From: Polyangiales bacterium
GTDB taxonomy: Bacteria; Myxococcota_A; Polyangia; Polyangiales; Polyangiaceae
Reading direction: 5' to 3'
Assembly: GCA_038230375.1 (NCBI GenBank)
Contig: JBBRNJ010000040.1
Span: forward strand, 13,167-77,166
DNA length: 64,000 nt
Shown here: positions 11,105 to 20,271 of the stretch, piece by piece
Layout of the letters: the number at the start of each line of letters is the position of its first letter
Position numbering within the stretch: position 1 is the stretch's first letter
The notes under the pieces: model-generated
Seen by the model: the letters and a program-made list of their open reading frames with translations, nothing else
Databases searched by the model: none
Told to the model about the DNA's origin: nothing
Position numbers and translations under genes: made by a program

Positions 11105-11967
11105 CAGAACTCACCCCCGAGCATGACGGCGCCACCATTCGGCGTGGGGCCTGCGCTCGCCCCGGTGATCTTCACGTGACCGACCTCGGTCCTGGGAAGG
11201 GAGATGGGCTTGTCCTTCTCGCGCGCAAGGTACAGCACCGCGGCCGCGATGATCCCCGCGCCGCCCACGGCAAAGCCGATGTCGGAGATGAACGCCTCCT
11301 TGTGGGCGGTGTCCTGCTTCGACTGGAGGTTCGAGAAAGGGTTCGTCTTGCTGGTGGTCGCGTTCGAAGCAGGCGCGTCCCCGAGCGCCTTCACACCGAA
11401 CACCGTGCCAACGCCGATGCCGGCGACGCCGATCGCGGCAGCGCTGATGGTCGCCGCGTCCACGCGCCCATGCGGCTTCTTCTCCGGCTTGTCCGGCGGC
11501 AGTGGCGGCGGCGGCGGAGCGGAGGCGCTTGGGCTGGTGGGAGGGGGGAGGGCGGCCTTGGCTCCTTCGACGCGCTTGATGTAGCTGTCGGCGCGCGCCT
11601 TCTCCGCCTCCGTGATGCCGGCCATGGTCAGGTACTGCCGATAGTACTTCAGGGCGTCGTCGTACTTGGCCAGGCGCTCCGACACGAGGCCCAGGTTGAA
11701 GATCAGATCCTTCGCGAACGGGTCGAGCTTCCGTGCGAGCTGCAGCTCCGCGATGGCGTCCGGGTAGTGACCGCCCGCGTAGAGATCCTTCGCGCGGGTG
11801 AAGTGATCCTGCGCGGCCGCCTTGGCCTCCGCGGTCGGGGGTATCGCGCTGTTCGGGTCCACCTGCGGGTCCGCCCCGTACGCAGAGCCTGCGCTGATCC
11901 ACGCGGCGCCGCATGAAACGGCCACGATCAAGAGAGGGCCCAGCCCACGCCGCATCATTGAAAGCAT
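11104..11967 (-). CDS. Secreted TPR protein with hydrophobic C-terminal region and terminal Phe
   Basis: Signal peptide; TPR (AIAELQLARKLDP, LIFNLGLVSERLAKYDDALKYY); ends GGAVMLGGEF; start may be 11958. Confidence 0.85.
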   Translation of the reverse strand: MLSMMRRGLGPLLIVAVSCGAAWISAGSAYGADPQVDPNSAIPPTAEAKAAAQDHFTRAKDLYAGGHYPDAIAELQLARKLDPFAKDLIFNLGLVSERLAKYDDALKYYRQYLTMAGITEAEKARADSYIKRVEGAKAALPPPTSPSASAPPPPPLPPDKPEKKPHGRVDAATISAAAIGVAGIGVGTVFGVKALGDAPASNATTSKTNPFSNLQSKQDTAHKEAFISDIGFAVGGAGIIAAAVLYLAREKDKPISLPRTEVGHVKITGASAGPTPNGGAVMLGGEF

Positions 11968-12040
11968 AGCAGGAAAAGGCACCCCCTGGACCCGAGAATC
12001 CAGGGTGTAAGGTTCGGCGGCCGGGCGCGTTTCCTGGGAC

Positions 12041-12718
12041 ATGCAAACCACGAAAAGACTCGGATGCATGTGCTTCGCGCTCGCCATAGGCGTGTTTGGC
12101 GCGTCGCTGACCGCCCTTGCAGGCGAGGGGACGGCCCACGCGGACGACCGCTTCTCCACGCCTCCGCCCGGCCGAGAGCCCACCGCGGTGGTCGCCGTGG
12201 ACCCGGACTACAACCCGCCGCCGCCTCCTCCGCCGCTTGCCGTCCCGTACCGCGCCCCTGTGCGCATCGAGCTCGGCCCGAGCTTCATCACGTCCGGAAA
12301 GGGCATCGGTTACGGCCTCACGGGCGGTGTCGGCGTGGGGACGGGCACCGTGGGGGGGCGCTTCACGGCGAGCTTCTTCCGGGGCGAGGGCGGCGACAAC
12401 AACAACAAGGACGCACCCACGGGCGCCTCCACGTCCCAGTACCTGGCGGAGCTGGTGCTCGACCTCAAGAAGCGCGGAACGCTCCACCCGGTCGTCGCCA
12501 TGGGGGCGGGGCTCGTACATGTCGACAAGGGCGGCACCAGCGGCGAGGCAGGCGTGGGCACCGCGCGTGTCGGCGTCGAGTACCAGTTCCCGGTCGACGA
12601 CGCGGACGTACGCGCGGGCGCATCGCTCATGGGCGCGCTCGCAGGCCCCGCGTCCGACGAGGTGAAGGATCTGAAGGCGTACGGCATCTTCGACGTGCAC
12701 GTGGCTGTGGGCTTCTGA
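12041..12718 (+). CDS. Small outer-membrane beta-barrel protein
   Basis: Signal peptide ending AHA, Pro-rich linker, amphipathic strands, C-terminal HVAVGF. Confidence 0.75.
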   Translation: MQTTKRLGCMCFALAIGVFGASLTALAGEGTAHADDRFSTPPPGREPTAVVAVDPDYNPPPPPPPLAVPYRAPVRIELGPSFITSGKGIGYGLTGGVGVGTGTVGGRFTASFFRGEGGDNNNKDAPTGASTSQYLAELVLDLKKRGTLHPVVAMGAGLVHVDKGGTSGEAGVGTARVGVEYQFPVDDADVRAGASLMGALAGPASDEVKDLKAYGIFDVHVAVGF

Positions 12719-12803
12719 CACTTCTCGCGGTAGGACTGGCGGCACTTTGGCCAAGACGTCCGCGCCGCCCGATCCACCGAAGGCAGACGAAGAGCCCGCG
12801 TTC

Positions 12804-14252
12804 ATGCGGCTCTCGCGTCACGTCGGGCTAGGGCTGTTTGTCGTGGTGTCGTGTGTGGCGCTGCTCGCCACGCTGGCGTGGGCACTCGGGACCATGCGCT
12901 CGCGCCCGCTCGACGGCGTGGAGGGCGAGATCGTCTTCGAGGCGATGCGCCTGCGCGAAAAGCATGCACTCTACATTGACCCCGTCGTGGGCGATCTCTC
13001 TGCAGGCGACCCGGCGACGCGCTACTTCGTCCTGTATCCGCCGCTCTTCTCGTGGCTCGTTTCGCTGCTGCCCGTGTCCAGCGTCGCGGGCGCGACCCTT
13101 TGCATACGCGTGATCGCGACCGCCGCGTGGGGCGCTGCAGTGGTCGTGCTGGCTCGCCGCGGCCACGCCGAGAAGCGGACGCGCGCGCGCACGGTCCTGG
13201 TCCTTGGCGGCGCGGCGTTCGTCGCGGGCACCTACGTGCTCTCGCTCTATGGGGCATCAGGCAGGCCGGATGCGCTCGCGTTGCTCCTTGCTGCGCTGGG
13301 CCTGTCACGGGCGGTGAGCAAGGGGCGCGTGGATGCGCTCTCGGGCGCGCTGTTCGCGCTCGCGGTGTTCGTGAAGCCCAACGTGCTGGGGCTGGGCACC
13401 GGCGCGATGACGGCAACGTTCCTCCGGCATCGCGCGCGCTCGTGGGCGGGCCTGGGCTCGTTCGCCGGGACGGCAGCGTTGCTCTGCGCGGTGCTCTACT
13501 TCGCGAGCGGCGGTCAGTTCCTCACGCACCTCACGGCGTCCACGGCGCAGGACACCTCGGCGTCGCTCTGGCTCTCGCAGATGGGCTCGCGTCTGCCGTT
13601 CTTCCTCGCGCCCATCGCGCTGGGGCTCGTTTGCGGCGTGCGCCACTTCAAGGACGACCACACGTTCATCGCGTTCGCGGCGCTGGGCGCGAGCTTCTGC
13701 TGGGCCCTCCTGTCGCTGTCGAAGATCGGCAGCGCATCGAACTACTGGATGGAGCCGTGCCTTGGTGCGCTGTGCATCCTGTCGCGCGCGCCGGAGTTGT
13801 CGCTCGGTCGTGGGACGGCGTTTGCTGCGGTGCTCCTGGGCGTGCAGGCGCCGTACGACGGCGTGGCCAGCATCAAGAGCTCCTTCGAGGGCCTGTCCTT
13901 GGCGCCCGCACAGCGCGCGGCCCTCGACGCAATCCGTGCATCCTGCAACGATCGCCCGGGCGCCACCACGCTCGCGGACGAGCCCGGCACCGAGCTCGAG
14001 ATCGACGGCCGCGTGGTGGACACCGCGTTCCAGTTCGCGCACACCCGCAACGAGGCGCTCGCACGTGCCTGGGAGCGCTCCGTGGACAGCCCGAACGTGC
14101 GCTGCGTCGTCGTCCAGAGCGATCTCCTGGAGCGCACGGGCGAGGACAGCGTCCGCGATGATCGCTTCTCCGTTCCCGTGAAAAACGCGATGCGCCAGCG
14201 TTTCCAGCTCGAAAAGACCAACGCCGGGTTCTACATCTACCGGGCACGATGA
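12804..14252 (+). CDS. Polytopic membrane protein, GT-C (ArnT/PMT-like) glycosyltransferase candidate
   Basis: About 10-11 TM segments; acidic first loop DGVEGE, YPPLF, RPD, VKPN. Confidence 0.6.
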   Translation: MRLSRHVGLGLFVVVSCVALLATLAWALGTMRSRPLDGVEGEIVFEAMRLREKHALYIDPVVGDLSAGDPATRYFVLYPPLFSWLVSLLPVSSVAGATLCIRVIATAAWGAAVVVLARRGHAEKRTRARTVLVLGGAAFVAGTYVLSLYGASGRPDALALLLAALGLSRAVSKGRVDALSGALFALAVFVKPNVLGLGTGAMTATFLRHRARSWAGLGSFAGTAALLCAVLYFASGGQFLTHLTASTAQDTSASLWLSQMGSRLPFFLAPIALGLVCGVRHFKDDHTFIAFAALGASFCWALLSLSKIGSASNYWMEPCLGALCILSRAPELSLGRGTAFAAVLLGVQAPYDGVASIKSSFEGLSLAPAQRAALDAIRASCNDRPGATTLADEPGTELEIDGRVVDTAFQFAHTRNEALARAWERSVDSPNVRCVVVQSDLLERTGEDSVRDDRFSVPVKNAMRQRFQLEKTNAGFYIYRAR

Positions 14253-15529
14253 GCGCCATTCACGACCTCTGTGTCCGGGCCCGGGCGGCGGCGCGCGCCA
14301 TGAGCACGCGCACGACGGACCAGAAGAACGCGCTCCTGCGTCGCATCGCGAGCGACATCAACGCGAACGCAGAGGCGATCCTCGTGGCGAATTCGGAGGA
14401 CGTGACGGCCGCGGAGACACGCGGCATCGCGCCCGCGATGATCGATCGCCTGAAGCTCGACGCGGAGCGGCTCATGGGCGTGTCGCGCGCGGTGCTCGAG
14501 ATCGCGGAGCTGCCCGATCCCACGGGCGAGGTGGTCTCGAAGATCACGCGTCCGAACGGGCTCGTGGTATCGCGCGTGCGTGTGCCGCTCGGTGTGATCG
14601 CGATGATCTACGAGTCGCGTCCGAACGTGACCAGTGATGCCTCTGCGCTGGCGCTCAAGGCTGGTAATGCGATCATCCTGCGCGGTGGCTCGGAGGCACT
14701 GAGATCGAACCTGGCGCTCGGGGCCGTGGTGCGCGGCGCGCTCGTGGCGTGCGGTTTTCCGGAGGACGCCGTGCAGATCGTCCCCACGACGGAGCGCGAG
14801 GCGATGGTGGAGCTGCTCCACGAGTCGGAGCTGGTCGACCTGGCGATCCCACGTGGCGGTGAGGCGCTCATCCGGTTCGTGACGGAGAACGCGCGCGTAC
14901 CGGTCGTGCAGCACTACAAGGGCGTGTGTCACCTCTTCGTGGACGCCGGGTACGACGCGCAGGCCGCCGCCAAGATCATCCGTGACGCGAAGCTCGCGCG
15001 GCCGAGCGCGTGCAATGCGCTCGAGTGCTTGCTCGTGCACGAGACGGAGGCACGCGCGCTGCTCCCGAAGGTCCGTGATCTCCTCGCTGCAGAAGGCGGA
15101 GAGCTCCGTGGATGCCCGCGCACGCTCTTGCTGCTCGGGGTGACGGGAACGAGCCCGCACGCCAACGTTGTCCCGGCCAAGGAGTCGGACTTCGGCTTCG
15201 AGTTCCTGGCGAGGGTGCTCGCGGTGAAGGTCGTGTCCGGCCTGGACGAGGTGCTCGCGCACATCCAGCGGTTTGGCTCTTCCCACACGGAGGCGATCCT
15301 CACGCATGACGTCGCGCATGCGGCGCGCTTCCGCGCAGAGGTCGACGCCGCATGCGTGGTGGTGAACGCGTCCACGCGCTTCCACGACGGCGGGGAGCTC
15401 GGGCTCGGCGCCGAGATAGGTATCGCCACGAGCCGCCTGCACTGGCGCGGCCCCATGGGCCTGGAGTCGCTGACGACCATGAAATGGCTCGTCTCGGGCG
15501 ACGCCCACCCCAGCGGCACGCGGGACTGA
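14249..15529 (+). CDS. proA: Gamma-glutamyl phosphate reductase
   Basis: VPLGVIAMIYESRPNVT, ACNALE, VNASTRFHDG, GPMGLESL. Confidence 0.97.
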   Translation: MSAIHDLCVRARAAARAMSTRTTDQKNALLRRIASDINANAEAILVANSEDVTAAETRGIAPAMIDRLKLDAERLMGVSRAVLEIAELPDPTGEVVSKITRPNGLVVSRVRVPLGVIAMIYESRPNVTSDASALALKAGNAIILRGGSEALRSNLALGAVVRGALVACGFPEDAVQIVPTTEREAMVELLHESELVDLAIPRGGEALIRFVTENARVPVVQHYKGVCHLFVDAGYDAQAAAKIIRDAKLARPSACNALECLLVHETEARALLPKVRDLLAAEGGELRGCPRTLLLLGVTGTSPHANVVPAKESDFGFEFLARVLAVKVVSGLDEVLAHIQRFGSSHTEAILTHDVAHAARFRAEVDAACVVVNASTRFHDGGELGLGAEIGIATSRLHWRGPMGLESLTTMKWLVSGDAHPSGTRD

Positions 15530-15546
15530 ACTATCCTGGAAACAGA

Positions 15547-15575
15547 TTGACCCGCCCTGACAGGGCGAGCATTCT
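15547..15575 (+). promoter_or_regulatory. Putative sigma70-type promoter for rsfS
   Basis: TTGACC-N17-CATTCT, with SD AGGAGG before the GTG at 15609. Confidence 0.55.
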
Positions 15576-15608
15576 GGGCGAAACGCGCGGAGTCAGCAGG
15601 AGGAATCT

Positions 15609-16268
15609 GTGGGAGAAGGCACGAAGAAGCCGACGGACAAACCGAGACTGCGCTCGTCGCACGGTGCGCCCCCGAAGAAGAAGTCGAAGCCCGAGAAGCC
15701 GGGCCGCGAGCGAGAAGCGCGCGCGCCGAAGGACTCAGGCAAGCCGATGTCACGGCCGCCGGCTGCGCGTCGTCCCAGCCTCCCCACGAAGACCACGCTG
15801 ACACCGAAGACCGGCCTTGGCATCAGGAAGCCGGTTCGGGCGACGGCGACCGAGAAGCGCGAGAAGGCGCCGCCCTCCACCGGGCCGTCGATCGCGAGCG
15901 ACGGTGCGCGCGAGCTCGCCGTGACGATCGCCGTGACCGCCATCGAGAAGAAGGCCGTCGGCATCGAGATCCTCGACGTTGCGGGACGCGTCGACTACGC
16001 GGACTTCCTGGTGCTCATGAGCGGCCGCAGCGATCGCCAGGTAGGCGCGCTCGCGCAGGCGATCGAAGAGGCCGTGAAGAAGAAGGGCAAGCGCGCGCTC
16101 TCCGTCGAAGGCATGCCCCACGCCAGCTGGGTGCTCATGGACTTCGGTGACGTCGTGGTCCACGTCTTCCAGGAAGACGCGCGCAACCTCTACGACATCG
16201 AAGGCCTCTGGATGGACGCACGCCGTTTGCCCGTTCCGATCCCCGACGAGCCCCCGACGCCTCGCTGA
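15609..16268 (+). CDS. rsfS: Ribosome silencing factor RsfS with a long basic N-terminal extension
   Basis: DFLVLMSGRSDRQV, WVLMDFGDVVVHVF, YDIEGLW. Confidence 0.92.
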   Translation: MGEGTKKPTDKPRLRSSHGAPPKKKSKPEKPGREREARAPKDSGKPMSRPPAARRPSLPTKTTLTPKTGLGIRKPVRATATEKREKAPPSTGPSIASDGARELAVTIAVTAIEKKAVGIEILDVAGRVDYADFLVLMSGRSDRQVGALAQAIEEAVKKKGKRALSVEGMPHASWVLMDFGDVVVHVFQEDARNLYDIEGLWMDARRLPVPIPDEPPTPR

Positions 16269-16291
16269 CTGCTACCCAGCGCGCGCCGGAA

Positions 16292-17122
16292 TCACGCGTC
16301 GGCGTCCTTCTTCTTCTTGGGCGCCAGGATGAACGCCAACCCGACCGAGACGAAGTAGAGGGCGACGAGCGCCCCGCTCACGGCGATCTGACTGGATACC
16401 TCGGGGCCCGGCGTGACGACGGCTCCGAGCGCGAACGAGAGGATGATCGCCCAGCGCGAGAACTTCAGGAGCTGCTGCGGCGTCACGATGCCGGCGATGG
16501 CCAGGAAGGTGATCAGGATTGGCAGCTCGAACACGGCGCCGAACGCGAGGAGCATGCGCGTCGTGAGGTCGACGTAGAACTCCATCGTCGGCCGGCTCGT
16601 CAGGATCAGGTTCGCGTCACCATCCACCGTGCCGGTCAGCGACAGGAAGTAGCTGAACATGAACGGGAACGTGACCTTGTACGCGAACGCAACGCCGCTC
16701 AAGAACAGCGCGGTCGAGAAGGTCACGAACGGGATGATGTACTTCTTCTCGCGATCGTAGAGGCCCGGGCTGATGAACGCCCACAGCTGATAGAAGACGA
16801 TCGGGATCGCGAGCACGATGCCGCCGGTGAACGACAGCTGCATGTAGTTCACGAACGCGTCTTGCGGCGCAAGGCCCTGGAGGTCCACCGGCAGGTTGGG
16901 GAAGCGGGCCTTCCACTGGACCTCGTAGGGGATGACCAGCCAGTGCAGGAGCTTCTCGTGGTAAATCCAGCACGCGATCGTGCCGATGGCGATGCCGATC
17001 GCCGCGCGCGTGAGGCGACTGCGCAGCTCCGAGAGGTGCTCCCAGATCGTCATGCGGACGTCGGCCTCGGGCTCGGGCGTGCGCAGATCCTCGTCCGGCT
17101 TCTTCTCCGTCTTCGCGGCCAT
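16292..17122 (-). CDS. tatC: Twin-arginine translocase subunit TatC
   Basis: HLSELRSRL, YQLWAFISPGLY, FELP. Confidence 0.96.
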   Translation of the reverse strand: MAAKTEKKPDEDLRTPEPEADVRMTIWEHLSELRSRLTRAAIGIAIGTIACWIYHEKLLHWLVIPYEVQWKARFPNLPVDLQGLAPQDAFVNYMQLSFTGGIVLAIPIVFYQLWAFISPGLYDREKKYIIPFVTFSTALFLSGVAFAYKVTFPFMFSYFLSLTGTVDGDANLILTSRPTMEFYVDLTTRMLLAFGAVFELPILITFLAIAGIVTPQQLLKFSRWAIILSFALGAVVTPGPEVSSQIAVSGALVALYFVSVGLAFILAPKKKKDADA

Positions 17123-17841
17123 CAGGCGCTCCCTGCGCCACGCGCGTGCGCGGCTGCTTCAGGTTCAGGCTCGGGCTCAGGTTCGAGCGCCGCCTTCTTG
17201 AGATCGACCGGCATGGGCAACGGGAGCGTCGGCACGTCGGCAGGGCTCACCACGTCGGGCAGCTGCGACACGTCCGGTACGCCCACGACGGCTGCGGCTG
17301 GTTCGGGCGCTGCTTCGAGGGCTGTTTCGGACGCTGCTTCCGACACAGACTCGGGCTCATGCTCGGCCTCGGGCTCCGGCTCGGGGTCCGGGGGGATGAT
17401 CCCGTCCTTGTCTCCCAGAACCCAGAGCGGGTCCTTCCGGTGGTCGCTCTTCGGGAGGGTGCTCTCGTAGACGAGCGCGGTGTCCGGCAGGGCGCCGAAG
17501 CAGTCCGCGCCGTCCCGCGGGTACTCGCGATCGCGCAGGGCGCGCGTCTCCACGGCCAGGTTCTCGAGCTTTGCCTCGGCGCCGTCGTAGCGGACGCTGC
17601 GGTTCAGATCGGAGAGCTCACCGCGCGCGAGCTTGCGGATCTCCTGCACGCTCTCGGAGAGGCCCTCACCGCGGAGCACGTCGTCGATACCGCTCTGCGC
17701 ACGCAGGTCGGCCGCCATGCGACGCGCCTTCCCGGCATACTGGCCGAGCTTGCGCAGCACCTTGGGCAAGTCCTTGGGGCCGATGACGACAATGGCGACC
17801 ACGACCAGCACCACAAGCTCCGAGAAGCTGAACCCGAACAC
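17122..17841 (-). CDS. tatB: Twin-arginine translocase subunit TatB
   Basis: MFGFSFSELVVLVVVAIVVIGPKDLP; adjacent to tatC; acidic Pro/Glu tail. Confidence 0.92.
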   Translation of the reverse strand: MFGFSFSELVVLVVVAIVVIGPKDLPKVLRKLGQYAGKARRMAADLRAQSGIDDVLRGEGLSESVQEIRKLARGELSDLNRSVRYDGAEAKLENLAVETRALRDREYPRDGADCFGALPDTALVYESTLPKSDHRKDPLWVLGDKDGIIPPDPEPEPEAEHEPESVSEAASETALEAAPEPAAAVVGVPDVSQLPDVVSPADVPTLPLPMPVDLKKAALEPEPEPEPEAAAHARGAGSA

Positions 17842-17937
17842 CCTTCGACGTTAGCACTTTTGCGGAATTTGTGGCATTTGGCCGTGTGCGGTAATCCCAC
17901 ACGCCCCATTCTCCCGAAGGTCGAAATCCCACACATC

Positions 17938-19053
17938 ATGCTCGTGCTCTCCGAGATGACGCCCGAGGCCCTTGCGGCCGTGACGCCCGAGGCGACGCTC
18001 ACGGAGGCTCGCCGCATCCTCTCGCGCGTCCACCGCGGGCTGTCGATCGAGCGCGGGTTCACCGGCGTCCGCACCACCACGCTCAACGCCGTGAAGGCCC
18101 TGGGCGAGCTCAAGCGCCTGGACGTCCACGAGGAGCTACGCAGCGCGCTCGACCCGTTCGTGAAGTACACGCTCAGAACGAACGACGGCGCGTACATCGA
18201 GACCGTGCGCATCCCGCTCGAGAAGAAGCAGCGGCACACGGTGTGTGTGAGCTCGCAGGTGGGCTGCGCGCTCGGCTGCACCTTCTGCAAGACGGGCACC
18301 ATGGGACTCGTCCGCAACCTTCGCGCATGGGAGATCATCGACCAGGTCCGCGTCGTGCGCGAGGGGCTCGCGAAGGACGAAAAGGACAAGACCGGAGGTG
18401 GTCGCGTCCACGGCGTGGTGTTCCAGGGCATGGGCGAGCCGCTCGCGAACCTGTCCGAGGTGCTCACGGCCATCAGCGTCATGAGTGAGCCGTCCGCGCT
18501 CGCCATCGACTCTCGCGCGATCACCGTGTGCACCTCGGGCCTGCCATCTGGCATCCTCAGGCTTGCCAAAGAGGCACCGCGCGTCCGCCTTGGGTGGTCG
18601 ATCGCGAGCGCGCGCAGGGACGTGCGCCGGCGGCTCATGCCCATCGACGACAAGCACCCGCTCGACGACGTGCTCATGGCCGTATGCGAGCACGCGCGCA
18701 TCACGCAGTACTCGCCCATGTGGGCCGTCACGCTGCTCTCCGGCGTGAATGACACGGAGGAGGACGCGCACGCGCTGGGCGATCTGGCTGCGCGCTTCAC
18801 CCAGGAGACCGGCATGCGCCCGCGCGTCTCCATCGTCCCTTACAACGCCATCGACGACGACCCCGAGTCACCGCACTACGAGCGTTGCTCGGATGAGCGC
18901 GAAGCGGCCTATTTTGCGGCACTTCGTACGCGTGGCGTGTTCGCGCACAAGCGTTACAGCGGCGGCTCGGACGTGGGCGCCGCGTGCGGTCAGCTCGCCA
19001 CGGCCTCCACGCGCGCCGCGAAGGATCCCGCAGGCGGCGCGCCATGCTCGTAG
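17938..19053 (+). CDS. rlmN: RlmN-family radical SAM RNA methyltransferase
   Basis: CVSSQVGCALGCTFC, GMGEP, AACGQL; start may be 17956; could be a paralog. Confidence 0.85.
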   Translation: MLVLSEMTPEALAAVTPEATLTEARRILSRVHRGLSIERGFTGVRTTTLNAVKALGELKRLDVHEELRSALDPFVKYTLRTNDGAYIETVRIPLEKKQRHTVCVSSQVGCALGCTFCKTGTMGLVRNLRAWEIIDQVRVVREGLAKDEKDKTGGGRVHGVVFQGMGEPLANLSEVLTAISVMSEPSALAIDSRAITVCTSGLPSGILRLAKEAPRVRLGWSIASARRDVRRRLMPIDDKHPLDDVLMAVCEHARITQYSPMWAVTLLSGVNDTEEDAHALGDLAARFTQETGMRPRVSIVPYNAIDDDPESPHYERCSDEREAAYFAALRTRGVFAHKRYSGGSDVGAACGQLATASTRAAKDPAGGAPCS

Positions 19054-20066
19054 GCCTGATCCTCGGCATCCTCTTCGTCTCGCCGCTGGTGCTGGTCTAC
19101 GTGCTCTTCATTCGCTGGTGCGATCGCTTCGAGCCAGAGCCCTGGTACCTGGTGGGCGCCGCGTTCGTGTGGGGCGCGCTCTTCGCAACGTTCGGCGGCG
19201 GCATCGGCAGCGGTATCACGCAGCAGTACGTCGCGGGCGCGCTCGGCCTGGCGGAGGACTCCGGGGGCATGGAGAGCTTCGGTGCCGTCGTGCTCGCGCC
19301 CACGTTCGAGGAGGGCTTCAAGGGGCTTGGCGTGGCGTTGATCGCGTTGCTCTCGGCGGTAGGCCTGAAGGAGGTCGACGGCGCGCTGGACGGCGCGATC
19401 TACGGCGGCGTCGTGGGTCTTGGCTTCACACTGACGGAGGACATCCTCTATGTGTCGGAGGCCTACGCGAAGCGCGGCGCCAGCAGCTTCCTGAGTCTGG
19501 TGCTCCTGCGCACGGTCTTCCTTGGGCTCTCGCACTGCACGTTCACTGCGTGCACGGGCCTTGGCTTCGGCATGTCCGTGGAGGCGAAGGGGCTCGGGAA
19601 GAAGGTGCTGTACCCGTGCGTCGGGCTCGCCGCAGCCATGTGCATGCACGCGATACACAACGGCCTGCCGGATCGCTTCGGCGACGCCGGGCTCGTGCTG
19701 ATGATCATGTTCTCGTGGTTGGTCGACATCCTCTTCTTCGTGTTGCTCTGGATGCTCGTCGCGCGCGATCGCCGCATCGTCATTCGCGAGCTCCTGGGCG
19801 AGGTCGGCAAGACCTTGCAGCCCGACGAGCTCCGGCTCGTGAGCTCCTACTTCGCGCTGAGTCGTCGCAACTGGGGTGTGTTCTTCGCGCGAGGATGGAA
19901 GGCATTTCGTGAGCGGCGCAAGAAGCAGCTCGCCCTCGTGGAGCTCGCATTCGTGAAGCACCGCCGACGCCGCGGCGAGACGGGGCGCGACCTTGACGTG
20001 CGCGAGCATGGCCTCCGCGCGGAGATTGCGTTCTACACGCGCGCCGGCGTCTTCATCGACCAGTAG
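19044..20066 (+). CDS. PrsW-family intramembrane metalloprotease
   Basis: DRFEPEP, EEGFK, GLGFTLTE, H...HAIHN motifs. Confidence 0.9.
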   Translation: MLVGLILGILFVSPLVLVYVLFIRWCDRFEPEPWYLVGAAFVWGALFATFGGGIGSGITQQYVAGALGLAEDSGGMESFGAVVLAPTFEEGFKGLGVALIALLSAVGLKEVDGALDGAIYGGVVGLGFTLTEDILYVSEAYAKRGASSFLSLVLLRTVFLGLSHCTFTACTGLGFGMSVEAKGLGKKVLYPCVGLAAAMCMHAIHNGLPDRFGDAGLVLMIMFSWLVDILFFVLLWMLVARDRRIVIRELLGEVGKTLQPDELRLVSSYFALSRRNWGVFFARGWKAFRERRKKQLALVELAFVKHRRRRGETGRDLDVREHGLRAEIAFYTRAGVFIDQ

Positions 20067-20129
20067 CCTGGTGCTCCTCCTGCGACCTGGGAGAGCAGCG
20101 GCGGGCGCTTGAGTTGTGCAATTTGGTTC

Positions 20130-20147
20130 CGCGACAGGGGTGTCGCG
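20130..20147. promoter_or_regulatory. Inverted repeat, candidate enhancer-binding-protein site
   Basis: CGCGACA-GGGG-TGTCGCG about 65 bp upstream of a sigma54 consensus, with A-tracts in between. Confidence 0.5.
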
Positions 20148-20211
20148 CCTGTTGCCGTTTGATTTGCGGGCGTCGAGAGAAAATCCGGCAAAAATTGGGG
20201 CGTTTCTCGCG

Positions 20212-20227
20212 TGGCACGTGCGTTGCT
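20212..20227 (+). promoter_or_regulatory. Sigma54 (-24/-12) promoter
   Basis: TGGCAC-GTGCG-TTGCT, exact consensus, intergenic, 45 bp before ATG 20272. Confidence 0.8.
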
Positions 20228-20271
20228 CATCGCCCTGTTCGGAAGCGTTTTCAGGGGAAAAGGACATCGCA

